From Verrucomicrobiota bacterium (lineage in GTDB: Bacteria > Verrucomicrobiota > Verrucomicrobiia > Methylacidiphilales > JBCBYL01), in NCBI GenBank assembly GCA_039027415.1, contig JBCCKL010000002.1, positions 1 to 38,938 of the forward strand: a stretch of DNA of 38,938 nt. Reading direction: 5' to 3'. Below, piece by piece: positions 27,385-36,001 of the stretch. The number at the start of each line of letters is the position of its first letter. The stretch's first letter is position 1. The notes beneath the pieces are model-generated. The model made no database searches. It worked only from the letters and a program-made list of their open reading frames with translations, and had not been told where the DNA came from. Made by a program: the position numbers and the translations under genes.

Positions 27385-28945
27385 ATCTTGCGTTTTAACG
27401 ACACTGTTCCTTTTGCTGAGCACTACTCCTCAATGGGTACAGGCTGCCCTACACAGCAAGGGGCTGGTGCTGCACCTGGACAGTTCGAACGCGGATTCCG
27501 TGAAGCTCAACGCTGAAGGCAAAGTGGTCCAATGGCTGGATCAGTCCGGGAACGGTCATCATGTCACAGCCAATCCCGCGCACGCCCCTGTTCTAATCAG
27601 CCAAGCTCTGGAGGAGAAAAGTGCCGTACGCTTTGAAGGCAACCAGTGGATGAACATACCGAGCCTAAGTGAGAAACCTCAAGGCTACTCGATCTTTATT
27701 GTATTCCAACGCAGTGAAGGGCAGGTCAGCGACCGTGCCTGGCAGCGGATCCTTTCCGCTACCACCGAGGAGCAGACAGACGATACCAAAGAGCCTTCTA
27801 TACTGCTGACCACTGGTGAAAATACAGGCGTAATGAAAGCTCAGATTTTTTCGGATCTGTTCAGGTCCCGGCTGACATCCTCAATGACGTTGGGAGCCCG
27901 TCACCTCGGACATGCGCAGCAACTCCAGGGAGACATCGCTGAAGTGCTGATTTACGACCGGAGCTTTATAGTTTACGAACCCATTGACGCCATCGAAAAG
28001 TATCTACAAAAGAAATGGAATCTCGAAGTCGCATCGCGAGGAGACTGGACCCTAAATGGCCCCTTGCCGCAACCTTTACCGGTGCAACTGACCAATTCAC
28101 TGCCACTTTCTGATCAGGAGAACCGTGGCAACTGGGTTCCATTTAAACCTATGTGGGATGACTTTGATGGGGAGACACTGGATACCGAAAAATGGTACGA
28201 CCATAATCCCTTCTGGTATGGTCGAGCTCCCGGTCGTTTTCTTTCCCGCAATGTCAAAGTGGCCGATGGATATCTCCAGCTGACCACCAGCAAAGACCCG
28301 TCACTACCGCATGAGCAGTTTTATAACAACGGACTTGTTTATCATGATTATGTCAGTGCCTCGGTTGTCAGCACCGTGCATGTCAACTACGGCTATTTTG
28401 AAATCCGTGCCAGACCCATGGATTCCGCTGCTTCCAGTGCCTGGTGGTTTACCGGTTCATCAACCGAAATCGCTACCGGAAGGGAGCAACGGCTAGAGAT
28501 CGATATGTTTGAGATCGGAGGTAATGCCGCCGATAAGGAATACAGTTACAATATGAATCTGCACATGTTCAAAACACGCGACTTTGCCAAGCACTATAGT
28601 CTAGGCGGGATCTGGCAGGCAGAACGGCGACTCGCTGATGATTTCCGGATCTACGGTATCGAATGGACACCGGACATCATCAAATATTATGTTGATGGAG
28701 TGCTGGTGCGACGAGCCAAGAATACGCATTGGCATGGACCACAACTCATGCTATTCGACTCAGAAACGATGTTCGACTGGTTGGGGGTCCCTGAAGACAC
28801 TGATCTCCCCTCAACCTTCAAAATTGACTATGTCCGTGCCTGGAAGAACTCCGAAACTGAAAATGACTGGAGAAAAGTATATCGTCCCAAAGAGAACTTA
28901 AAATGGAGTCGTATTACGAAATATGTCCGATCCATGGATCCGTGA
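27377..28945 (+). CDS. Secreted LamG-like domain plus GH16 glycoside hydrolase
   Basis: 522 aa with a signal peptide. The N-terminal ConA/LamG-type domain ends in GDIAEVLIYDRS. The C-terminal GH16 has the catalytic EIDMFE at nt 28496-28513, plus YGIEWTPD and FKIDYVRAW strands. The start overlaps the upstream stop by 8 nt. Confidence 0.85.
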   Translation: MIRSCVLTTLFLLLSTTPQWVQAALHSKGLVLHLDSSNADSVKLNAEGKVVQWLDQSGNGHHVTANPAHAPVLISQALEEKSAVRFEGNQWMNIPSLSEKPQGYSIFIVFQRSEGQVSDRAWQRILSATTEEQTDDTKEPSILLTTGENTGVMKAQIFSDLFRSRLTSSMTLGARHLGHAQQLQGDIAEVLIYDRSFIVYEPIDAIEKYLQKKWNLEVASRGDWTLNGPLPQPLPVQLTNSLPLSDQENRGNWVPFKPMWDDFDGETLDTEKWYDHNPFWYGRAPGRFLSRNVKVADGYLQLTTSKDPSLPHEQFYNNGLVYHDYVSASVVSTVHVNYGYFEIRARPMDSAASSAWWFTGSSTEIATGREQRLEIDMFEIGGNAADKEYSYNMNLHMFKTRDFAKHYSLGGIWQAERRLADDFRIYGIEWTPDIIKYYVDGVLVRRAKNTHWHGPQLMLFDSETMFDWLGVPEDTDLPSTFKIDYVRAWKNSETENDWRKVYRPKENLKWSRITKYVRSMDP

Positions 28946-28946
28946 G

Positions 28947-30383
28947 ATGAAACTAACCCGCATTCTATTTACTACGGTCAGCATTTTAGTGTTGGCATTT
29001 TCCGACGCCCATGGGGCTGCGCCCTTTGATAAAGACACCCGACTCGTTTTTATCGGTGATAGCATTACCCACGGTGGCAGTTACCACACCTATATCCAAA
29101 CTTTCTACGCCACCCGTTACCCACACCAGAACATCCTCTGTTTCAATGCAGGTATCAGCGGTGATAACGCTCGAGGAGGCTTCCAACGCGCATCGCAAAC
29201 AGGTGGTGGTATCTGGGAAAGTGACATCCGCGGCTATCGCCCTACAGCTGTGACCATCATGTTCGGAATGAATGATGTCGGTGGAGCGCACTTTGAAACA
29301 GCAGAATCTGCCGACGCACTCGACGAAGCCAACAAACAACAGCTCGTATGGTATAAAAGCAATTACGCCCAACTACTGGATAACCTAGAAACATTGGGGG
29401 TGACAAATATTACGCTGATCACCCCCTCCGCATACGATCAAACGATGGTGAACGAACAAGCCTCAACGAATCTCTACAAATTCGGAACTGGCAAAAATGA
29501 TGCGATTCTCTCACTAGCGGACAAAGTTATCGCAATAGAATCAAAAAAACGTGGTTACCCCATTATAGATTTCAATACTCCTTTACTAGCCATCAACGCT
29601 AAAATGCAAAAACTGGATCCCGGCTACTCTATCATTGGGCAAGACCGGGTCCACCCCGGCCTGCAAGGGCATATGGTCATGGCGTATTCATTCCTGGAAG
29701 CACAGGGGCAAGCCTGCCCCATTGCCAAATTACAGTTCGATGCAGCAACTCAAACCGTTTTAAGTACTGAAAATTGCATTGCGAGTGATGTTAAATCCAA
29801 CCCGGAATCTCTTCAGTTTCGCTATACTGCAAACGCACTCCCGTATCCACCCAAGTTATACCAAAGCGTAAGTGATCTCATCCCGTTCGAGAGCAGGTAC
29901 AATCAAGAAACGCTGCAAGTCAACAATCTCAACAGTGGAACTTACTCATTAAGTATTGGTGGCACCGCATGTGGTCATTTTACGGATCAGGAGTTTGCTG
30001 CAGGTATCAATATGGCTTTGCTCGAAAATGCTCCCCAAGTTCAGCAAGCCCAACACGTCTTCAAACTATGCCAAGAGCGTGCCGCCTTGGCGGGGAAAAT
30101 CCGCACAGTCGTCTGGGCCGTTGGTTATCTCAGTAAAATCAAAGGCCACAACGCCAACGATTTTGAAGCCAATCAAGCAATGATTGCACGATTAGATACA
30201 GGCGAAAAACCAGAAGGCCTCTGGGCCCCCGCTTCAGATCATGTGAAAGAGCAATTGCAGCAATATCTCAAACATGCGCACCAATATCAGGAGATGTTGC
30301 AGAATCTCGAAAGCTTATCTGCACCGCTCTATACCGCGGCCCTGCCACAAGCTCGGACCATTAAAGTGACCAAAGTGGATTGA
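28947..30383 (+). CDS. Secreted SGNH/GDSL hydrolase with a ~220-aa C-terminal domain of unknown function
   Basis: Block I FIGDSITHGG, GMNDVGG and DRVHP blocks. The ATG at 28947 (MKLTRILFTTVSILVLAFSDAHG signal peptide) lies 1 nt after the GH16 stop. The track's 28923 start would overlap GH16. Confidence 0.85.
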   Translation: MKLTRILFTTVSILVLAFSDAHGAAPFDKDTRLVFIGDSITHGGSYHTYIQTFYATRYPHQNILCFNAGISGDNARGGFQRASQTGGGIWESDIRGYRPTAVTIMFGMNDVGGAHFETAESADALDEANKQQLVWYKSNYAQLLDNLETLGVTNITLITPSAYDQTMVNEQASTNLYKFGTGKNDAILSLADKVIAIESKKRGYPIIDFNTPLLAINAKMQKLDPGYSIIGQDRVHPGLQGHMVMAYSFLEAQGQACPIAKLQFDAATQTVLSTENCIASDVKSNPESLQFRYTANALPYPPKLYQSVSDLIPFESRYNQETLQVNNLNSGTYSLSIGGTACGHFTDQEFAAGINMALLENAPQVQQAQHVFKLCQERAALAGKIRTVVWAVGYLSKIKGHNANDFEANQAMIARLDTGEKPEGLWAPASDHVKEQLQQYLKHAHQYQEMLQNLESLSAPLYTAALPQARTIKVTKVD

Positions 30384-30667
30384 CGTTGCTACCGTGCATG
30401 CGCTCGGCCCACTCACCCCCAAACGCTCGACCGCAACAAGGTGTCCCAGATGCTACACTATAATGTGTGGGGCACCAGTATTCTCAAAGACAATGATAGT
30501 AAATGCCATGCGATCTACTCATATGGGCTAAAAGCCCATGGTCAGGTGGCATGGCCACTCATTCCTACATGCTCACGCGATATCTGATGAACTGACCAGC
30601 TCCTATACTTTCGCCGGAGCGATGTTGCCTCTACACGACCATTGTTCCGGTGGTTATATTCCATATA

Positions 30668-32128
30668 TTACGCTGGAGGCTCCAGGAAACCTATCGGATA
30701 GGGATTGGAGCTGATGTCGCTTACAAATTCAGAGAGGTTTGGTAGAACGGATGACATATCTGAAGCCTGCACCCCAAACCAGCAGGCCATTTCCGCGAAA
30801 AACTCATCGATTGAGGTGGTGGGCAGGATACGACCTCCCTGTCCCACATCACTACTACCATCCAGCACGAGGCTCGGAAATGTACCATAGACCTTACCAC
30901 CCTGTACCGGATTACCGAATACCATTTGCACTCCGCCCCAGGCATGGTCGGTGCCACGACCATTGGAACGCAGTGTGCGCCCAAAGTCGGAAGCAGTATA
31001 GGTAACCACATCATCGGCGACCCCCAGATGTAGTAGCGACTGCTGATAGGCCGAAATACTCTGGGAAAATTCATCCAGCATACCGGACTGGGTTACCAGC
31101 AGTTCTCCATGATGGTCCCAGCCCCCACGCTGGACATATTGGGTCGAACGCCGTAAGCCCAGATTCTGTTGTGCTTTCACCGTTTTAGCAGCTGCACGCA
31201 TATCCTGCCCAAACTTGGTGTCCGGAAAGAGTGATGCTACCGCAGAATCATCAACCAGATCATACTCGGCTTTAAAAGCCTCCTGCGCTTCCCGACTTTC
31301 GGTCATGTGATCTGCCAGAGCATTCTGAACCATATTATTATAGGTCTCACCCAGCAAATTCTCCATGCCATAGTTTTTACGACCATTATGTGTCGTCAGG
31401 TTGGCGACTTCTCCGGTCGGAAGCAATGCCCCCGCATTAGTAATGGAAAACTGCGTCGTCTGATTCCCGATCTGAAAGACGTTATTTCCGGCCAGCGAGG
31501 TACTCATGGAGGAAGTCGCCCCGATATTGACTGTCGAATGTAATACATCGGCCATTCGTCCTGCCCAGCCGGTGAGTTCTTCCATGCCTTGCGGGACCGA
31601 CGTCTGCCACTGGTAAATCTGATCAATATGCGAAAACAAAGCTTTAGGCACAATCGCGGTGCCATTCTTTACTGCCTGCAGGGTGGTGGCAGTCGTAGGA
31701 CGTAGTAGCGTTCCAATATTGGTCACAAATGCCAAATTCCGATTTCCGGCAAAAGGTCCGGTCCCATCAAACATTTGTACCATTTCAGGACACGACTCAT
31801 GCAAGCCATACATGTAGCCGGCATTATCACCTGTTCCGGTAAAATTCAGCGGCAGCAGCGTGTTCTGCGCTAACGCCATATCCGTGCGGGAGGCACTATA
31901 TTCGCTATAACCAGTAGTATCCCGTCGCACCAGCAGATTGAAACTGTCACATCCTCCTGCCAGCATGATGCAGACCAGTGACTTGTTGTCGTTACCGGTT
32001 GTAAGACCCGCAGCCGCTGCATTATTAGCCAGACGCAAGTTGAGTAATACTGAGAGCATAGAAGCCGAACCGACAGCTGCACAGCTGGCTTCACCGAGGA
32101 ATTGACGTCTGGAAATGGAGCGACTCAT
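30668..32128 (-). CDS. DUF1501 family protein (alkaline-phosphatase/sulfatase-like fold) with a Tat signal
   Basis: 486 aa. Twin-arginine motif SRRQFL. LAGGCDSFNLLV, GGWDHHGE and GTDHAWGG blocks typical of DUF1501. An AGGAG RBS sits in the 11-nt spacer after the DUF1800 gene. Confidence 0.9.
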   Translation of the reverse strand: MSRSISRRQFLGEASCAAVGSASMLSVLLNLRLANNAAAAGLTTGNDNKSLVCIMLAGGCDSFNLLVRRDTTGYSEYSASRTDMALAQNTLLPLNFTGTGDNAGYMYGLHESCPEMVQMFDGTGPFAGNRNLAFVTNIGTLLRPTTATTLQAVKNGTAIVPKALFSHIDQIYQWQTSVPQGMEELTGWAGRMADVLHSTVNIGATSSMSTSLAGNNVFQIGNQTTQFSITNAGALLPTGEVANLTTHNGRKNYGMENLLGETYNNMVQNALADHMTESREAQEAFKAEYDLVDDSAVASLFPDTKFGQDMRAAAKTVKAQQNLGLRRSTQYVQRGGWDHHGELLVTQSGMLDEFSQSISAYQQSLLHLGVADDVVTYTASDFGRTLRSNGRGTDHAWGGVQMVFGNPVQGGKVYGTFPSLVLDGSSDVGQGGRILPTTSIDEFFAEMACWFGVQASDMSSVLPNLSEFVSDISSNPYPIGFLEPPA

Positions 32129-32139
32129 TATAATTCTCC

Positions 32140-34983
32140 TTATTTAATACAAGCACCTTCCGGGCAGATCATCGCCAGGTATACCGCTAGCTCAATCCGC
32201 TCCGTCGTATCACTGGTAGACTGCAGCACGGTCGTTATGATTTCGCGAGAACGAGCACTCATCGTTCCCGCGCAAAAGAGTAAATTTACCCGATCCAGCA
32301 GAGCCGGAATGTCATTCGCCAGCGGAGTGAGCGCACTCCAGTCCGGGGGGAAATCATAATCGCTAAACTTGAACCCTTGCTCGGTAATTTTCCAAAGCCG
32401 GTTGGGAAAAGCGATGGCTGCGTAGGAGTCCGTAATTCCGAACACAGGTGAATCCAGCTGATTCTGAGCCAGTGAACCTCGCATCCGGAAATCCGGACGA
32501 TAGAAGTTAAATACACTGGGTGAGGCCATCGGTTCCTGTAAGGATTCTGCCCTATATTGCCCCCAGTCCCACCACATCAGGTTCGGGTAACGACTCAGAT
32601 TCATAACCCGCGCCAGATGCATGGTGCGAATCACCGGTTCCCGTAAATGTCCGAAATAAGGGGTTCCCAGATGCTCCCCGGGATTTCGCGCTTCTTCATC
32701 CAGCAAGATGGCCTGAACCACTGCATTCATATCTCCTACGACCCCACTACCATTATTCTGGAAAACAGCTGCCACCCGAGCGACGTAGGCGGGCGTCGGA
32801 TTAGCGGTCACCAGAAACTGAATCAATTGCCGACAGACAAACGGTCCCGTATTCGGGTGACGCACCAGATGGTAAATGGCATCTTCAATGTCCTGCACAC
32901 CGTTGGCTTCCGTTGCACTTCGTGCCGGTATCACATGCCCGGTCACCAGCGTCTTGGCACCAAAATCATGTTCATCCGGAAAGACTTTCATCGGGGTGGT
33001 CATATAAAATCCGTCATCTTTATATCCCCCCCCAAAGTTTGATGAGGCATAATGGATCCCGGTAAAGACACGTGCCAGTTCAGTAATTTCCGGATTTCCA
33101 TAAGTCGGGATAGGTTCGCCTTGAAGGTCCAATTTTCGAGTTCCGTCGAGATTGAGTTCCCATAATCCGATAGTAAACAACTGCATTAGCTCACGGGCAT
33201 AGTTCTCATCGGGATACCGTTCGATGGAGACATCTGCTTTCTGGTTTCCCAGACTACTGAGATAATGCCCCATCAGCGGGTGGCGGGAAACTTTGTTCAA
33301 TAGATCTTCATAATTCCCGAATGCCTCATCAATAAACTGATTGTAATAATGGGAGGTGGAATAGCCTTGATTGGCCAGACCAGTGGCATTACGTGAAGCA
33401 ACCACAATCTGGCTCAAGGCAAAGGCCACCCGCTGGCGTAACTGATCTTGTCCGGAAACTGTAGCACGGGCCCATCCATTCATAAAATTCAAGCCGCGCA
33501 CAAAATCAGGTGCAACGTAACCGGCCAGTTCAGGATCGTTATCCCCATTATCAAAATCATCTTTAATCGCCTGAGAATAAGTAAGTGGAGTCGTTTTAGG
33601 CAGTGACATCTGTTCAGCAATCCAAGCTGCCGGACCGATCCGCTGGACATATTTAATATCTTCATAGGTTGGGCCAAAGGTAGCCTGAATCAGGAAGCGA
33701 GCCGCCTGGGCCTCCGTCATCCGAGTATTATTGTCTGGTGGCAGATAGATCTCGTTGAAGCGTGCCAGATCCCCTGACAGCGTCACGTCGGGGTTTCCAT
33801 CGCCGGTCGTATCGTAGCTCCTCGAATTGCCTGTCGAACTCTCTCCACCAGCCCCAAATTTGAACCCGAAATAGGATTCCACCCAGTCCGGCACCTGATC
33901 GTTATCCGAATCCGGCTCAGTACTTTTGACTCGATAAAATCGCTTGGGATCCTGATCACTCAGATCTACTTCATGTTCCGACCCGACCATGGAGGAACTG
34001 TAGGAAATACCGGTCCAGGGATCGCTGACTCCCATATCGGTAGAGGTTTCCAGCAGGTTGGGCCGATTCGGGATGTCCGGCCAGCGCATCTTCAAATTTC
34101 CGCCATCTTGTATCAGCTTGGCATCCAGCCGGCTCGTGGCATCAAATGGATTCGTTCCTGCCTCAGATTCCTGCTGGTTCGTCCGGCCATCCTGATCATT
34201 ATCGCTATTCGGTACGAGTCCCTGAGCATTGTAGAGTGCTTCCCACAGATCTGCCAGGCCATTACTGTCGCGATCGGATTGACTGGGATTGGTGATCACC
34301 TGGTGCACCGGCAAGTCAGCCATGGGCGGAATGTCTACGGTAAACTTGATGTTATCCACGTAGGCGAATACTCCCGTTCCCGCATTCGTCAGATAATCAC
34401 TGACGGGCACTCGCGGTTCCACTCTGACGATCGGGTTACCTGCCTGATCGACCGCTGGTATTGTTCCTTCCAACTTAGCGGTGACCCAGGAGCCACGATC
34501 ATCGTAATCATAATGTGTGGAAAGCACGGAAATGAGTTCTCCATCATTAAACGTGCTGTTCGCCGCATAAAAACGCAGCAAGAGATACACCCGGTCGCTA
34601 CCGGTCATGGTGGTGTCATCGGGAATATAGAATTCGGCGGTGAAGGTGTACTTCGTCTGCCCGGGAACGATGCGATTATCCCATACTGCCACTCCTTCCG
34701 TGTTGTAGGGAGAACCATCTACCAGCAGGGCTCCCCATTCGGTGCTGGTGCCGTTAGTACCGTTCATCACCATTCGATGCACCCCACCGTGGGTGGTCGC
34801 TGTAGGATCCGTAACAACGGTGCCACTGGAACTAGCGGAATGAAAGCCATTGTAACGACTGACATGCGCCCCGGTTAGGTCTTTACCGTTGCCGTCATCC
34901 TGCCACAGCGTCAATACTTCGGCATCCAGACGAGCTGAAACTGAGATCAGGGCACATCCGGCAACCAACAGTATTTGTTTCAT
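32140..34983 (-). CDS. DUF1800 family protein with an N-terminal CBM-like beta-sandwich and thrombospondin-type-3-like Asp-rich repeats
   Basis: DUF1800 hallmarks in the C-terminal ~520 aa: AARFLIQATFGPT, MGHYLSSLGNQKA, PDENYARELMQLFTIG, DEHDFGAKTL. The N-terminal ~430 aa carry the extra modules. The track starts at GTG 34992. ATG 34983 gives the signal peptide MKQILLVAGCALISVSA. Confidence 0.85.
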   Translation of the reverse strand: MKQILLVAGCALISVSARLDAEVLTLWQDDGNGKDLTGAHVSRYNGFHSASSSGTVVTDPTATTHGGVHRMVMNGTNGTSTEWGALLVDGSPYNTEGVAVWDNRIVPGQTKYTFTAEFYIPDDTTMTGSDRVYLLLRFYAANSTFNDGELISVLSTHYDYDDRGSWVTAKLEGTIPAVDQAGNPIVRVEPRVPVSDYLTNAGTGVFAYVDNIKFTVDIPPMADLPVHQVITNPSQSDRDSNGLADLWEALYNAQGLVPNSDNDQDGRTNQQESEAGTNPFDATSRLDAKLIQDGGNLKMRWPDIPNRPNLLETSTDMGVSDPWTGISYSSSMVGSEHEVDLSDQDPKRFYRVKSTEPDSDNDQVPDWVESYFGFKFGAGGESSTGNSRSYDTTGDGNPDVTLSGDLARFNEIYLPPDNNTRMTEAQAARFLIQATFGPTYEDIKYVQRIGPAAWIAEQMSLPKTTPLTYSQAIKDDFDNGDNDPELAGYVAPDFVRGLNFMNGWARATVSGQDQLRQRVAFALSQIVVASRNATGLANQGYSTSHYYNQFIDEAFGNYEDLLNKVSRHPLMGHYLSSLGNQKADVSIERYPDENYARELMQLFTIGLWELNLDGTRKLDLQGEPIPTYGNPEITELARVFTGIHYASSNFGGGYKDDGFYMTTPMKVFPDEHDFGAKTLVTGHVIPARSATEANGVQDIEDAIYHLVRHPNTGPFVCRQLIQFLVTANPTPAYVARVAAVFQNNGSGVVGDMNAVVQAILLDEEARNPGEHLGTPYFGHLREPVIRTMHLARVMNLSRYPNLMWWDWGQYRAESLQEPMASPSVFNFYRPDFRMRGSLAQNQLDSPVFGITDSYAAIAFPNRLWKITEQGFKFSDYDFPPDWSALTPLANDIPALLDRVNLLFCAGTMSARSREIITTVLQSTSDTTERIELAVYLAMICPEGACIK

Positions 34984-35043
34984 TAATCTCACGTTCGATT
35001 GTTCTGCTATTATATAAGTAAGATATACACTGTAGCAGATTAT

Positions 35044-35078
35044 AAAAAAACCCTGCCGGCATGTTCCGACAGGGTTTT
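35044..35078 (-). terminator. Rho-independent terminator of the PEP-CTERM gene
   Basis: Minus-sense RNA CCCUGUCGG-AACAUG-CCGGCAGGG forms a 9-bp stem with one G-U pair, followed by U7 (A7 at 35044-35050 on the plus strand). Confidence 0.8.
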
Positions 35079-35101
35079 AACTTACATGGAATAATTATGT
35101 T

Positions 35102-35878
35102 TTATTTGCGACGGCGCAGTAATGCTAAGCTTAATACACCCAAGCCGAGTAAAGCAAAAGTGCTGGGCTCAGGAACAGCGATCACTTCTAGAGATATACC
35201 ACCAATGTCTAGAGTATCATTACCAGCTCCACCACCAAATCCGCGCATACCATAGCGTAGACTACCTGCCGCATCGATATATTCCGAAGCGGTTAGCCCT
35301 AACCCGGCACCAGTCTGTCCATCGGTGTTAAATGATGTTAAGGCAGTGCCACTTGCAAAATTGGAACCGTCTGTTGTGTTATTGATGGTTGTGGTCAAAT
35401 TCCAACCACTGCCTGTTGCGAGACGGGTAAAATCCATTTGGATGGTCAGTAGATCACCTGAGTTGTAAGCAGTGTCCGTAGCGCCACCAATCACGAAGTT
35501 AGATCCAGACCACGTTGCTTCCGTACCTACCATTGGAGTGTTCGCTCCAGTATGCTCGGCATCATTAGCAATACCGAATCTATATATTTCTCCACCATCA
35601 CCTGTTCGGACAAGATCTGTTAAAATGACTCTAACTGTATCACCAACGTTAGGCGCGAAGGTGCCAAAGTTTCTCGCGCGACCAAAACTGTTACCAGTGA
35701 ACTGAATGTTTCCACCAGAAATCGCCCACACAGGCTGACTTTCCCAACCGGATACAGTGTTTGTTGCACCATCTGCAGAACTCCCAAAATCAGTATTGAA
35801 GATAACCTGCGCTGATCCAGTGGTCCCGATACATGCTAAGACTGCTGTCATAGCAAATGTTATTAATTTCTTTTTCAT
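35102..35878 (-). CDS. PEP-CTERM sorting-domain surface protein
   Basis: 258 aa. Signal peptide MKKKLITFAMTAVLACIGTTGSAQ. Gly/Thr/Asn-rich body. C-terminal VPEPSTFALLGLGVLSLALLRRRK (PEP motif, TM helix, basic tail). Confidence 0.9.
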   Translation of the reverse strand: MKKKLITFAMTAVLACIGTTGSAQVIFNTDFGSSADGATNTVSGWESQPVWAISGGNIQFTGNSFGRARNFGTFAPNVGDTVRVILTDLVRTGDGGEIYRFGIANDAEHTGANTPMVGTEATWSGSNFVIGGATDTAYNSGDLLTIQMDFTRLATGSGWNLTTTINNTTDGSNFASGTALTSFNTDGQTGAGLGLTASEYIDAAGSLRYGMRGFGGGAGNDTLDIGGISLEVIAVPEPSTFALLGLGVLSLALLRRRK

Positions 35879-35927
35879 AGTTATTCCTTTTATTCGTTAG
35901 CTTTAGTTACAATCACTATTTACTATC

Positions 35928-35943
35928 TGTAAAGATCTTTACA
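35928..35943. promoter_or_regulatory. Perfect 16-bp palindrome TGTAAAGATCTTTACA upstream of the PEP-CTERM gene (candidate operator)
   Basis: The perfect inverted repeat (TGTAA-N6-TTACA layout) lies 50-65 bp upstream of the ATG at 35878, in an otherwise A+T-rich promoter region. Confidence 0.4.
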
Positions 35944-36001
35944 CATGTAGAGTTTAATCACAATGTCATAATACGAATTATATTGCAATTTAAACGCAAT
36001 A

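Noticed and set aside
28923-28946. ATG at 28923 as the start of the SGNH hydrolase (23-nt overlap with GH16)
   Set aside because: The in-frame ATG at 28947 sits 1 nt after the GH16 stop and begins a classical signal peptide (MKLTRILF…AHG). The longer form would place charged residues ahead of it.
33973-34878. 301-aa ORF on the plus strand inside the DUF1800 gene
   Set aside because: It is entirely antisense to a gene with strong family motifs. Its translation is Gly/Arg/Ile-rich with no recognisable domain, signal or RBS. This is a typical shadow ORF.
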